DNA from: Octopus bimaculoides
Lineage: Eukaryota
Length of the DNA stretch: 64,000 nt
Assembly: GCF_001194135.2 (NCBI RefSeq)
Contig: NC_069004.1
Span: 14,382,041-14,446,040 of the forward strand
Direction of reading: 5' to 3'
The number at the start of each line of letters is the position of its first letter. Within the stretch, counting starts at the first letter, position 1. Made by a program: the position numbers and the translations under genes. Below, piece by piece: positions 50,091 through 62,663 of the stretch. The notes under the pieces were generated by a model. The model searched no databases. It was not told where the DNA came from and was given only the letters and a program-made list of their open reading frames with translations.

Positions 50091-51061
50091 GAGAGCTGCT
50101 TTATGTGATCATGTGCAGATTTGCCCACAAACCCTCTTGCACCCAATTCTATTGCCGATATGTTCTTTCAGATTTATTTTAAACTTCAGCTCATGTAACC
50201 TCAAAATGGTTTGTGAGACCAGCCTTAGGTAGACAAATACCGTTACAAGCTGAAAAATTTGATGGCTCAACGTTCCTTGCACTGAAATTACAAACCTGGA
50301 ATCACAAGGTTGTGAAGTAAACGTTTTAACCACTGGACCATCCTTGCAAAGGGTTCCTTCTCTTCTTATGACATGTATTTATGGTTAACTACACAACAAA
50401 TCAGAGAAAGCTGAACATCATGGCCATAAACACAAAAACCAAACAGTGCCAGAGACTAAATGTGAACTGTAAACCCTGCAGTTGATAGGTCAATACTATT
50501 GATTAAAGCAACTGCAATAGTGAATTTAGTTCGTACTGACTTCTAAATTTAGACAATTTGCTCAATGACAGGTTTTATCATTGAAACTTTTCCAAAATAT
50601 CTTTGATTGATTACAGAGGTTGGAGATGTTTGGTAAGATTAATATTTAACATTTCTTCCTGGAGTATTTATCATTTGAAATTATTGATACACACATGCAC
50701 AACATATATGCATGTGCACACACACAGACATGCATGCATAGACATGTACATACACAGACTTGCACACATGAACACACATACATATGCACGTACATACACA
50801 TACACACACAAGCACATGCATATACACATAAATACATATTTTTTCTTTTCTTAATTTAGTCTTATTTTTTTATTTCCTGGAGATTATTTTATAAAAAACA
50901 AACCATAATAATTTCCCTAGAATTTCTTCTCTTGTTTTCAACCAATTTTAACCATTATTTTATGGATTATTTCTAGGTTTAAAAACCCCAAAACTAGGCT
51001 GCTGACAGTTGAAATTATTCATGCAAACAAAATAACGAAGTAGACAAGTTTGTGAACACTT

Positions 51062-51361
51062 TCTGGTGCCATGCAAAAGCACCTTTGTCAGTGCCACTTC
51101 AAAGGGCCCAGGACTGTGCTATGTAGAAACATCTGTGCCAGTGCCGCAATAAAAGCATCCGTGCTGGTGTTATGTGAAAGCACTCATGCTGGTGGCATGT
51201 TAAAAGCACTTAAAACACTTTGTAAAGCAGTTGGCATTAGGATTGGCATCCAGCTGTAGAAACCATGTCAAAAACAGACCAAGTGTAGCCTGAGCTGCTT
51301 TCCAACTGGCCAGCTTCTGTCAAGTCATCCAACCCATGCCAGCATGGGCATTCAATGGTAT

Positions 51362-51380
<19 letters not shown>
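51062..51380 (+). mobile_element. Old family C (RTE tail) copy
   Basis: Repeated aaaagcac modules, then ggattggcatccagctgtagaa and (GAT)n. Confidence 0.8.
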
Positions 51381-51392
<12 letters not shown>

Positions 51393-51502
51393 GGGGATGA
51401 TGATGATTTCTTATAATTCTTGAATGAAATGCTTTATGGTTTCTCTCCTGGCCCTTTACGGTCTGTGTTCAAATCATCTTGAAGTCACCTTAGCTTTTTA
51501 TT

Positions 51503-51615
51503 AGCCCACGGGCATATGGCATAGTGGTTAAGAGCGCAGGCTGCTAACCCCAAGATTCTGAGTTCGATTCCAAGCAGTAACCTGAACAACAACAACAATA
51601 ATAATAATAATAATT

Positions 51616-51663
<48 letters not shown>

Positions 51664-51807
51664 TTAAAAAATACCTTAGGAATGAGAACCCAGGTTTGAA
51701 ATTTCCCCAAGACACCTGATGAAGGCTGGAGGGTATATCAGCAGATATGTTGTGTTAACAACAAACAAGATGAGGACATCCATCAAATGTAAATAATGCT
51801 AATAATG
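51503..51807 (+). mobile_element. tRNA-headed SINE with internal (AAT)n and a hammerhead-like 3' part; 12-bp TSD
   Basis: A box tggcatagtgg, B box gagttcgattcc. TSD TAGCTTTTTATT at 51491-51502 and 51808-51819. Confidence 0.88.
51711..51756 (+). ncRNA. Degenerate minimal hammerhead ribozyme
   Basis: gacac-CTGATGA-a g gctg gagggtatat cagc a-GATA-tgt-t-gtgtt. GAAA is mutated to GATA, so this copy is probably inactive. Confidence 0.5.
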
Positions 51808-52619
51808 TAGCTTTTTATTGTTTTAGATTGATAAAATCTAGTATCAGTCAAATGTTGGTGTCACTCTAATTAAATAACTCCTCCTGCCAAGTTTCAGGGC
51901 TTGTATTTATGTTAGAAACAATTATTATAGACATTATTGACCACACGTATTCAATGTATGTCCTTTGTTTACTGGTAAGCTGCAGTTTAGCATGGTGGGG
52001 ATGATTCCCTGAAAGCAATGGATGTTAAAACACCTCACCTGAAAGTCATGTACTTGGATCTCATCCAGGAGTGATGGGCATCAATGTTTTGCCATTTTTG
52101 TGGCTTATCAACATCATGTACCCAAACTGAATTGAAGGTGAGCTGAATTGCCCATCTTTGACTATATACAAATAGTGTAAAAGCCATTTGCTGGTATGCC
52201 ATGACAATGGATACATCTTATAATAATTCTTCTTGTTCCTCCATTACTACCTAGCCTGTCCACAATGTTTTCACATGATTAGTTGAAGGAGAGGTAGAGG
52301 GGAGGGAGGGAGGAGGAGGAAAGGAGAGGTGGTGGTGGTGGTGGTGCAGCCCCTATTTTCCCATGTATTTCTCAAGATTTTTACTCACTGTACCCAGGGC
52401 TTCAGGTATTGGTACTACTACCACCTTTTTCAGCAACCACAACTGCTAACCTATCATATCTATCAACTTTTCTTTCTTCCTTATCACATACCTTGTTGTC
52501 AGCTGTGCATGCTATATCTCTGATCCAGCATTGTGTGCTTTCTTTCTTAATTAAGACTATGTGACTAATAATGACCAGACATAGTCATTACTATTATTAT
52601 TATCATTATTATTTTTTTT

Positions 52620-52780
52620 TTTTCTGTTAAAAATGGTGAGCTGGCAGGCTCTTAAACACACTGCACAAAACACTTAGTGGCATTTCGTCCATCTTTATGT
52701 TCTGAGTTCAAATTCCACTTAGGCCAACTTTACCTTTCACTCTTTTGGGGTTGATAAAATAAGTACCATTATTATTATTA
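52620..52780 (+). mobile_element. SINE family A
   Basis: ggtgagctggcagg..tgagttcaaattcc..gttgataaaataagtacc. Confidence 0.8.
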
Positions 52781-53094
52781 TTATGCAATAAGAAGTGCGT
52801 GATTTGATTTGTAATAAATAGAAACTGACTCTGTTTTTTCAGTTGAACAACATTTTGACAGTGTGCTTGTCTTTCTCGTGTTCAAAATGAAAAGAATACA
52901 GAAGTACAGAAATTCAAAATATGAACAGGAATATGCTGTGTTCATTTTTAGATGAAATGACATTCTCAGTTTTCACTTTTTCATAACTGGTAACAAGGAA
53001 AAATAAGACAGGAGAAAGAATAAAAAAGACAACAGGAGAGAGAACACTTAGTCAAAAAGTTTTATGTAAAGTTGATAGAATTCACCTGTCATTT

Positions 53095-53520
53095 TGTTTA
53101 TTCCTCTGGGGCATGATGTTAGTAATTCAAAATGAATTTATCCTCATGTGTTTTGAGGACTGAAAGTGCAGTAGAGTCAAAATATTTTCTGAGAATGCAC
53201 ATTTTCAGGTGTTCTTCAAAATTGCAACCATTTCATGTTAAATGTTCAACATGTTCCATTGTGATTGACGCCATACCTATGCCCATTGAATGCTTTATTT
53301 AATTGCCGTGTTGTGCAACCAACATAAATCAAATTGTGTTTGGTGCATTCCAACTGGGAATCTTTCTCTCTATAAATCATAAATTTTCTGTTATAATTTG
53401 CAATGGAATTGACTTAATTCATGTTGTTGCCCAATGTACAGGGCTTACTTACATTTCTTGTAGATGTTTTTCTTGGTACAACATTCAGAATTACCAGTGG
53501 TAGTTTTATTGGGATTAGAG
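53095..53520 (-). mobile_element. Penelope-like GIY-YIG endonuclease fragment
   Basis: ECTKHNLIYVGCTTRQLNKAFNGHRY..FEEHLKMCIL..HEDKFILNY..GIN. Confidence 0.75.
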
Positions 53521-53564
53521 GCAGTGGTTAATTGTTCTCTTATATTTTTATAGACACACACACA

Positions 53565-54170
53565 CTTTCACATATTCTGTCTACCACATCTACTCACAAG
53601 GTTTTGGTTGGTTGAACGCCATAGGGAAAAACACTTGCCCAATGTACTGCACAGTGAGGTTGAATCTGAGACCACATAGCTAAAAATTAATATATAGATA
53701 TATAAATATAGGTGAAGGCATGGCTGTGGGGTAAGAACCTTGCTTCTCAACCACATGGTTCTGGGTTCAGTTCCACTGTGTGGCATTTTGAGCAAGTGTC
53801 TTTTACTATAGCTTCAGGCCAACCAATTTAATTCCAGGTGAGCCATGAGTGAACATGCATGTGATCAAAGTTGTCTCAGCTGTAATGATACTGTCTTTCA
53901 TTTAAAAGAAAAATGGATAATGCTCCTTCCTGAGTCATATAGTCTCATAAGACCAGTTTCCTGCTTTCTGCGGTGTATTTATTCCTCACCTGGATGGAAC
54001 GTCAGTCCATCACAGAATTACTCATTTTTGCCAGCTGAGTGGACTGGAACAACATGAAACAAAAGATTTTGCTCAAGAACACAAGACATAACCTCATCCA
54101 GGAATTGATCTCACAATCTTATGATCATGAGTGTAACACCTCAAACACTAAACCACATGCCTTCACTGTC
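53565..54170. mobile_element. Cluster of SINE fragments: B (-, 53565-53690), B (+, 53710-53825), D-like (-, ~54020-54170)
   Basis: Similarity to other copies in the window. Confidence 0.7.
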
Positions 54171-54850
54171 TTTCATTTGGACATATTCTATCTAAGACTA
54201 CATTATCTAATGTGTCCTTCCTTTTATTAAGACAGTACTGTATACTTTGAATGTGATTTCTAGCTGAACATTTGACCAAGCAGTGCCTCACTTGTCAGAT
54301 GATCCTGTCACAAACTTGTAATAAACAAGTGTATGACCGTCATAACAGTCTACCAAAAATGTGTGGGCGAAGAAGAATTTGACCAGACCATTCCAGAGTA
54401 AATGGGAAATAGAAGCAGGACAGGGAAGAAGTGCTGGGGAGGTGGTCACCCTTTAGCATTCAGTTTATTCTGTCAAATATTACACTTACTTATTCACATT
54501 ATTTTGAATTAATCATAAATCATGCTTTAGGTTTGAGATTTTAATGATATGATTGTTCATTTTTAGAATGTTATTGTTGGGCAGGTTTGAGCCAATCTGT
54601 CCAGTTTGAACAAAAAAACAAGTTGAACCATAGGGCTAGATATGACTGGCTTACCCACTAAATGGTTAACCCTTCTTGTTACCATATTTCCATTGATATA
54701 CACTGCTTTTGTTTCAAATGGTTCTAAAAATAATGAAGAATTTCGTAAAAATAACTTTGTCATTATTAAACTGGTGTTTGGGACATAAATAAACAGGAAA
54801 TTTTGAAGGGAAGTTTTAATTTAAATCATTTTAAAACAGGAGGTTTATAT

Positions 54851-55656
54851 TGTGGCTGTTAGATATTGGTCACCACTTGTGCTTGTGCTGAGTTCCTAAC
54901 TGTAAGAAGCAGTGCATGACTGCAAATGTTGGGAGCTGTTGAGTGCTGGTTGTTGGTTGTTGAGTGCTGGCTGTTGGTTGTTGAGTGCTGGCTGTTACCT
55001 GTTGAGTGCTGGCTGTTACCTGTTGAGTGCTGGCTGTTACCTGTTGAGTGCTGGCTGTTACTTGTTGAGTGCTGGCTGTTATTTCTAATGTTAGAGGTCA
55101 ACAGTTGTACATAGAAGAAAATGACAAAATCTGTTGAGGTTTTTATGAATTAACTTTATGTCTAGTTGAGAAAGTTTGAATGTTATTGAAATAGTTTTAC
55201 AATGAATATTGAGAGAGTTAGGATATTGTTGCAATTGAAATAGTATTAAAAAAGTTATTGTGAGACAGTGTATTGTTGTGGATAGTTTGTTATGTTGAAA
55301 GTCAATTGTGTTGCTGTCAGTAGTTCATCATGATGATATTAGCTAGGTTCAGCTGCTACCCATGTCTGTTCATTATGTCATCTGCTGGTCATTTCTGCTA
55401 CATCCCAAAACTCTCTGAGTCTAGCGGTCACATGTGTTAATTTTATTCCGATTCAGATGCTCAGAAAGGAGCATGCTAAAAGTTGAGATTAGTCACTGGA
55501 GCCGATTCCATGTGAAGTCATGATTGGCCAAATCCCATCGATCACATGGGCAATATTCTTTCCAGTGTAAGTTGCAATCGATCAGATTCACTGATCATGT
55601 GGTCAAACATTTCAGGGAATCATGACATCAGTTGATCGCTGAATATTCTCACTACA
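54851..55656. mobile_element. Probable solo LTR containing a 21-bp minisatellite
   Basis: TGTGG...CTACA ends; flanks ATAT and GTAT (4-bp TSD with one mismatch). Confidence 0.4.
54936..55082. repeat. 7 x 21-bp tandem repeat (ctgttgagtgctggctgttac)
   Basis: Direct reading. Confidence 0.97.
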
Positions 55657-56275
55657 GTATCATAGAACAATAAGTAGTCTCAGAGAGGTTGGCATCAAAA
55701 GGGTTAAACAGCTTGAAGGACAGATTTAGTTTAACGTAACAAACAAACTATTGTGATTATAACTATACAACTCATTGCCAATTAAACTTAAGAGAAATAC
55801 TTCCTTTATAGTTAATTTATTTGGCCATTAATCATGCATTAGGTTCTTCATTTCGACAACGAGTCACTTTGTTTTGGACTTTTAATCTCATTTTTTTATA
55901 TCTTTCCCCCACTTATTTATATATTTTTATATTTAATTATTTATACAATTTTTTCAAACAATTTCTATAAAATGTTTAGCTGCTGAGACCTAAACTAATA
56001 TATGCTGCTTCTGCATATATTACCATAGAATATGGCACTATTAACCTTGTTCTTAAAGAGAATATCCTCATTTTATGTATATATATATATATATATATTA
56101 CACTTTTTATATTCTATATTTTCTTAATTTTTACTTTGGCCTAAATATCATGAGAAAATTTATTCAAACACTTAAATAATTCACAAGGTTTGCCAATATA
56201 TACAAATTAGATATCAGAATTGATGCACAATATATAAATACTTAAATTCTTATTTAGCTCCACTATATTACTCTT

Positions 56276-56325
<50 letters not shown>

Positions 56326-56665
56326 TTTCTTTCTTCATTCACAAACACACACACACATACACATACACATATACAAATAAGCATTTGTGTGTATGTGTGA
56401 GTAGGGGATTGATCAGCAGTTAATAGAGCATTGGGTAAAATACTCTGCAGTATTCATTCTGGATCTCAGCATTGTAAGTTCAAAACCCAGTGGAGTTATT
56501 TTTATCTGTAATTCTTTTAGGATCAATGAATGAAGTACCAGTCAAGTACACTTTCTGTTGGCTGTGTTCAAACTTGCAGAGCAGTGGGTTCTGCCAGGTC
56601 GAAAATGCTTGAGACACACCTTATGTTTTAACAATGCCCTGCAACTTCATCAAGAATTCATGGTC

Positions 56666-56747
<82 letters not shown>

Positions 56748-57367
56748 NNNNNNNNNNNNNNNNNNNNNNNNNNNNNNNNNNNNNNNNNNNNNNNNNNNNN
56801 NNNNNNNNNNNNNNNNNNNNNNNNNNNNNNNNNNNNNNNNNNNNNNNNNNNNNNNNNNNNNNNNNNNNNNNNNNNNNNNNNNNNNNNNNNNNNNNNNNNN
56901 NNNNNNNNNNNNNNNNNNNNNNNNNNNNNNNNNNNNNNNNNNNNNNNNNNNNNNNNNNNNNNNNNNNNNNNNNNNNNNNNNNNNNNNNNNNNNNNNNNNN
57001 NNNNNNNNNNNNNNNNNNNNNNNNNNNNNNNNNNNNNNNNNNNNNNNNNNNNNNNNNNNNNNNNNNNNNNNNNNNNNNNNNNNNNNNNNNNNNNNNNNNN
57101 NNNNNNNNNNNNNNNNNNNNNNNNNNNNNNNNNNNNNNNNNNNNNNNNNNNNNNNNNNNNNNNNNNNNNNNNNNNNNNNNNNNNNNNNNNNNNNNNNNNN
57201 NNNNNNNNNNNNNNNNNNNNNNNNNNNNNNNNNNNNNNNNNNNNNNNNNNNNNNNNNNNNNNNNNNNNNNNNNNNNNNNNNNNNNNNNNNNNNNNNNNNN
57301 NNNNNNNNNNNNNNNNNNNNNNNNNNNNNNNNNNNNNNNNNNNNNNNNNNNNNNNNNNNNNNNNNNN

Positions 57368-57410
<43 letters not shown>

Positions 57411-57503
57411 ATATAATATTTTATATATATATCAATAAAATTTCATATATGTATATTAATATCTAGTTGCCAAGGCCATATGTATAAAATTTCATAAGAT
57501 GAA

Positions 57504-58075
57504 GTGGGGGTCACAGCTAGATTCCTCACAGGTAAGAGACAGAGATTCAAATTTTTCTGGGTTGGTAGGAAGGATGGAGTAGGTGGCATAGGCATACAGT
57601 TAGCAGAAAAGTGGGTAGATAAGGTAATTAAGGTAGCCAGAGTATGTGATAGGGTGATTAAGGTGAGACTTATCCTAGGTAAATTAACAGTTACATTTAT
57701 CTCTGCCTATGCTCCTCAGCCTGGGCTGACTGATGAGCAGAAGGACCAATTCTATGAGGTTCTTTTTGTTGTTGTGGCTGATGACTTCAATGGACATGAT
57801 GGACAGCATCCCCATGGATTCCAGGGAGTGCATGAGGGTTATGATCTTGGACCTAGAAATGAAGAGGGAACAAGACTGCTGGAGTTTTGTGATGCAAATG
57901 GTCTCATGATCTGCAACAGTAACTTCAAAATACCAGCCAACCACCTAATCACTTATCAGTCTGGTGAGCACATAAGCCAGGTTGACTACCTCCTCACCAG
58001 GCAACGAGATTGATGGATGCTTAAAGTCTTTCCCTGGTGAAGAGTGTACAGCCCAACGTAGGTTGTTCACCTGAA
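57504..58075 (+). mobile_element. RTE-clade LINE APE endonuclease pseudogene fragment
   Basis: FKFFWVG..GVGGIGI..EKWVDKV..RVCDRVIKVRL..ISAYAPQPGL..DFNGH..RNEEGTRLLEFCDANGLMICNSNF..HLITYQSG..SQVDYLL; internal deletion and a downstream stop. Confidence 0.93.
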
Positions 58076-58850
58076 GCATTTCTTAGTGCTTTTTACTACT
58101 TGATGTGGTTAGCAAGAGCCTGGAATATATCTGAGAGCTCTTATGGTATCTGCTTGGATAATTTATCCCTATATATTCATCGTATTATCCATCCATCCAT
58201 CCATACATACATACATACATACATACATACACACACACACATATTAAATTTGTGTGATCTTTATATACCTTTGTCTGTTTGCTTGCCTGCCTGCCTGTCT
58301 GCCTATCTGTCTGTCTATCTATCTATATGTGCGTTTTTGTGTGTGTGTATATATATACGTATATATGTGTGTGTGTGTGTGTGTGTATGTGTGTATAGAT
58401 ATATACACATATATATATATATTTGTGTGTGAGTGTGTGTATACTTATAAACCACTTCATCCTGATACACACNNNNNNNNNNNNNNNNNNNNNNNNNNNN
58501 NNNNNNNNNNNNNNNNNNNNNNNNNNNNNNNNNNNNNNNNNNNNNNNNNNNNNNNNNNNNNNNNNNNNNNNNNNNNNNNNNNNNNNNNNNNNNNNNNNNN
58601 NNNNNNNNNNNNNNNNNNNNNNNNNNNNNNNNNNNNNNNNNNNNNNNNNNNNNNNNNNNNNNNNNNNNNNNNNNNNNNNNNNNNNNNNNNNNNNNNNNNN
58701 NNNNNNNNNNNNNNNNNNNNNNNNNNNNNNNNNNNNNNNNNNNNNNNNNNNNNNNNNNNNNNNNNNNNNNNNNNNNNNNNNNNNNNNNNNNNNNNNNNNN
58801 NNNNNNNNNNNNNNNNNNNNNNNNNNNNNNNNNNNNNNNNNNNNNNNNNN

Positions 58851-58890
<40 letters not shown>

Positions 58891-59179
58891 CTACACACTC
58901 CCTCACATACATGATACTTTTATTCACACATGAGTTACTTATATTTCGGACTCTTCATACAAAAGAAATTTGATGAAACAAATTGTTGTTTCAGGAGAAT
59001 GGAAAACTCAATGAAGCATGACCAAATTTTAATTTAGAAACAAGACAAGAATTTTCTATTTATTTTACAAGAAGGGTTGGACTAAACACTGCCAATGTAG
59101 CAACTATATACCACAAACTTTCTAGCAGTTTGACCCAAATTAATGAAGGGAGTCTATATTTGATTATTCAACTAACAAG

Positions 59180-59420
59180 ACTTCTTATTGTGACCAAAGT
59201 CGAACATTCCTGATGAAGTCTCTCCATAATTCCTGATTTTCAATCGCTCCTGGCAACTGCTCTTTACTGAGGTTTGTATTGTCTGAGAGTTGATCGATGA
59301 ATGTTCAAGCAGGTCTTCCTCTACTGTGTCTGTTGTGAGTTTGTTCTCACAATAGTAGCTTGTGTATAACTTCCTGCTTATGTCTCCACCAAGACAATAT
59401 CAACCGAATGTCCTTTCAAT
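59180..59420 (-). mobile_element. RTE-like LINE 3' end, decayed
   Basis: HNRHSRGRPA*TFIDQLSDNTNLSKEQLPGAIENQELWRDFIRNVR. Confidence 0.7.
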
Positions 59421-59469
59421 AACTACTCTGTCTCAAGGCATTACAAGAAACCAGTTATGGATTTGTTTT

Positions 59470-59915
59470 TCTGATTTTTCGGTTGGTAGTCAAATACATT
59501 ATTTACTTGACCATCCCCATAACTTAGTAGTTCGGCAAAAGACACTGATAGAAAAAAAGTAACAGGTTTAAAAAGAAAGTAAGTATTGGGGTTGATTTGT
59601 TCATCTAAAAATCCTGAAGGTGGGGCCACAGTCAAATGACTGATAGAAGTAAAAGATAAAAGATATATATATATAGAATCTAATACAAGGAATCAAGTTT
59701 CTCTTATAGGGATAGAAACATCCAAATTTCACTTGTTTAACTGGTTTAATACCCAATATAGTAGAAACAATTTTCTACGATACGATACAAATGAGTATAT
59801 ATACAATATACAAAATAAAAAACAGAAAATAGAGAGTTCAAACGGACATATACTCTTTAGTCTTTTACTTGTTTCAGTCATTTGACTGAGGCAATGCTGG
59901 AGCACCACCTTCCAG
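59470..59915. mobile_element. SINE family B 3' fragments (+, 59470-59665; -, 59855-59915)
   Basis: aacttagtagttcggcaaaagacactgatag..cagtcaaatgactga; cttttacttgtttcagtcatttgactg. Confidence 0.75.
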
Positions 59916-60449
59916 TACTCACAGGTGCTTATTTCTGATCATCAGCTGGTAAACCGAGTCTGGTTCTCTTTTGAATATTCCCCGTCTGAGTATTTTATAA
60001 AATATGAAATGGAAGTTTAAAGGAAATGCTTACCCTTATGTTCTTCCATTTAAAATCCTTTGTGAATGACACATGCAAAAAAACAGCTGCTTCAAGCACA
60101 TGCTTTTGATTTCATTTCTGGTTCCTGTGCTAACAATATTATAAACATCATAAACTCTATATGATGAAAGTCATGAAATTATGTTGCTGTTTAAGCAATG
60201 TTCCAAATAATATTTTAAATTAATACTTTTAATTAATGCTTGTTTTTAAAAACAATGAGTGTGTATGCGGGTGTTCATTTTACATGCGCCTGAACAGATG
60301 CATACATATAGACATATGTACACACACAGACACAGACATATATAAACATAGGATTATATTTTCATGTTTACACATATACATACACGTATACATATGCACA
60401 TAAGCTTATATACACATACCCACATATATGTACATATGCATATCAAAAC

Positions 60450-60909
60450 TTATCGAAACTGAACCAAATCTGATGACTGGTAGCCGTGCCAATGGAGCGC
60501 TAACAGCACCACCCGAGCGGGATCACTGCCAGAGCAGTGGTCTCGCTCTCGTGCCGGTAGCATTTTAAAAGCACCATTTGAGCATGATCGAGCTTCACCT
60601 TACTGGCACTTGTGCCGATGGCATGTGAACAAAACATTGGACTGACTCCTGTGCAGGTGGCACGTAAAAAACACCATTTGAGCGTGGCTTTTGTCAGTAC
60701 CGCGGGACTGGCCTTCATGCTGGTGGCACATAAAAAGCACCCACTATCGGAGTGGTTGGCATTAGGAAGGGTATCCAGCTGTAGAAACTCTACCAGATCA
60801 GATTGGAGTCTGGTGTAGCTATCTGGTTCACCAGTCCCCAGTCAAATCGTCCAACCCATGCTAGCATAGAAAGCGGATGTTAAGTGATGATGATGATGAT
60901 AATGATGAT
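60450..60909 (+). mobile_element. Family C (RTE 3'UTR) copy with 4-5 tandem modules
   Basis: Repeated gtgccggtggcacgtaaaaagcaccatttgagc modules, then the standard tail. Confidence 0.85.
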
Positions 60910-61269
60910 GAATAAAACCTATTAATTAAAGATTTTGTAAACCAACATTTTTTTTCAAACCAGAACAAAATTCAAGGAGGCTTGTAGGTGCATAAAAAGT
61001 ACTTAGCTACATGCATACAAGGCACTGACAGTTCAGTTCTTTTGTTCAAACTATTGGTGCTTTGAGTCAAAATTCTCGGATTTTTTCCTCAAACAAAGGT
61101 CACAATGCATCTTTGATTTGCAGCTCTCATTCTTGTAAGTTGTGCATTATCTACAATACACCAGGTATTTCCGAATTCATGCAAGAACCATATAAACTAT
61201 ATGAACAGAAACTGAAAGAAATCCCATAGAAACTACACCAAAATAGATAATAGAGCTTTGTTCAGCCTT

Positions 61270-61353
61270 CCTGCTTGTCAGCTTTTATCAAACCATCCAA
61301 TCCATGCCAGCATGGAAGACAGACATTAAAGGAAGATGATGTATGCATATATG

Positions 61354-61396
<43 letters not shown>

Positions 61397-61912
61397 NNNN
61401 NNNNNNGCATGTGCCTGTGTGTCTGTGCATTACTGTTTATTTCATCATCATCATCATCATCATTTAGCATCCGTTTTCCATGCTGGCATGGGTTAGACAA
61501 CTTGACTGGAACTGGTAAGCTGAAGAGCTGCACCAAGCGCCAGTCTGATTTGGCTTGGTTTCTATGACTGGATGCTCTTTCTAACACCAACCACTCCACA
61601 GATTGGACCAGGTGTCTTTTACACTTCACCAGCACAGGTGTCTTTTACACGTCACTAGCATTGGCCATGACTACAATTTCACTTCGCTTGATGTGTCTTC
61701 TCAGGCCGTTGCCAGTACCGCCTGACTGGCCCTCATGCTGGTGGCACGTAAAAGCACCCACTATACTCTCTGAGTGGTTGGTGTTAGGAAGGGCATCCAG
61801 CTGTAGAAACTCTGCCAGATCAGATTGGAGCCTGGTGCAGCCATCTGGTTCGCCATTCCTCAGTCAAATTGTCAACCCATGCTAGCATGGAAAGCAGACG
61901 TTAAACGATGAA
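61270..61912. mobile_element. Cluster of family C-like tails (-, 61270-61340; -, 61440-61640; +, 61690-61912)
   Basis: Similarity to other copies in the window. Confidence 0.8.
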
Positions 61913-61929
61913 TAATAATAATAATAATA

Positions 61930-62150
61930 ATAATCTTTTTTGCTGTAGGCACAAGGCCTGAAATTTTGGGGGAGAGGGCCAGTCGATTAGATCGACCCCA
62001 GTATGCAACTAGTATTTAATTTATCAACCCCAAAAGAATGAAAGGCAAAGTCGACTTCGACAGAATTTGAACTCACAACATGGTGACAGATAAAATACTG
62101 CTAAGCATCTCATCCAGCATGGAAACGTTACTGCCAGTTTGCCGCCTTAC
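61930..62150 (-). mobile_element. SINE family A
   Basis: aaggcaaagtcgacttcgacagaatttgaactc..agcatctcatcc. Confidence 0.85.
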
Positions 62151-62369
62151 ATAATAATAATAATAATAGTAATAATGATTGCCTTGATGCAATATCAGGC
62201 ACTGGCTCTCATGACTTCTGATCTTAACTGATTGGAAATATTATCATGTACATGTTTTGTCTTGGTATACAAGATGGGCTACAGCAAATATTCTTTCTGT
62301 TCAGTACCATAGATTTGCTTGTCAATTGCTTGACGTTAACCAGTCGAGCATACATACATATATACATGC

Positions 62370-62493
62370 ACAAGGCTTTAGCCAGCCTGGGGCTATAGTA
62401 GAAGACACTTGGCCAAGGTGCTCATATAGTGGGACTGAACCTAAGAACACATGGGTGGGAAGGAAACTTCTTGACCACACAGCTATGCCTGCA
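62370..62493 (-). mobile_element. SINE family B, head fragment
   Basis: gggctatagtagaagacacttggccaaggtgc..accacacagc. Confidence 0.8.
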
Positions 62494-62632
62494 CCTATCT
62501 ATATCTATATATAACTATATCTGTCTGTGTACATATATGTATATTCATATATATCTATTTATATATTCATATTTATATATATCTCTATATCCTATCTATC
62601 TTATTATATGCACACACACATATATGTATGTG

Positions 62633-62663
<31 letters not shown>

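Larger units (their letters stand above)
54448..55707. mobile_element. Two TTAA-type MITEs sharing the TTAA at 54666-54669; the second (54666-55707) is split by an ~806-bp insertion
   Basis: TIR-like ttaacccttcttgttacca / tggcatcaaaagggttaa. Confidence 0.6.

Noticed and set aside
51510-51583. tRNA-Ser(GCT)-like sequence
   Set aside because: No acceptor stem or complete cloverleaf; it is a SINE head. The same holds for the other A/B-box hits.
54936-55082. CRISPR-like array
   Set aside because: Contiguous repeats without unique spacers, in a eukaryotic context.
54859-55114. NSQHSTG / VECWLLP repeat ORFs
   Set aside because: A 21-bp minisatellite is necessarily in frame; it lies inside a probable LTR.
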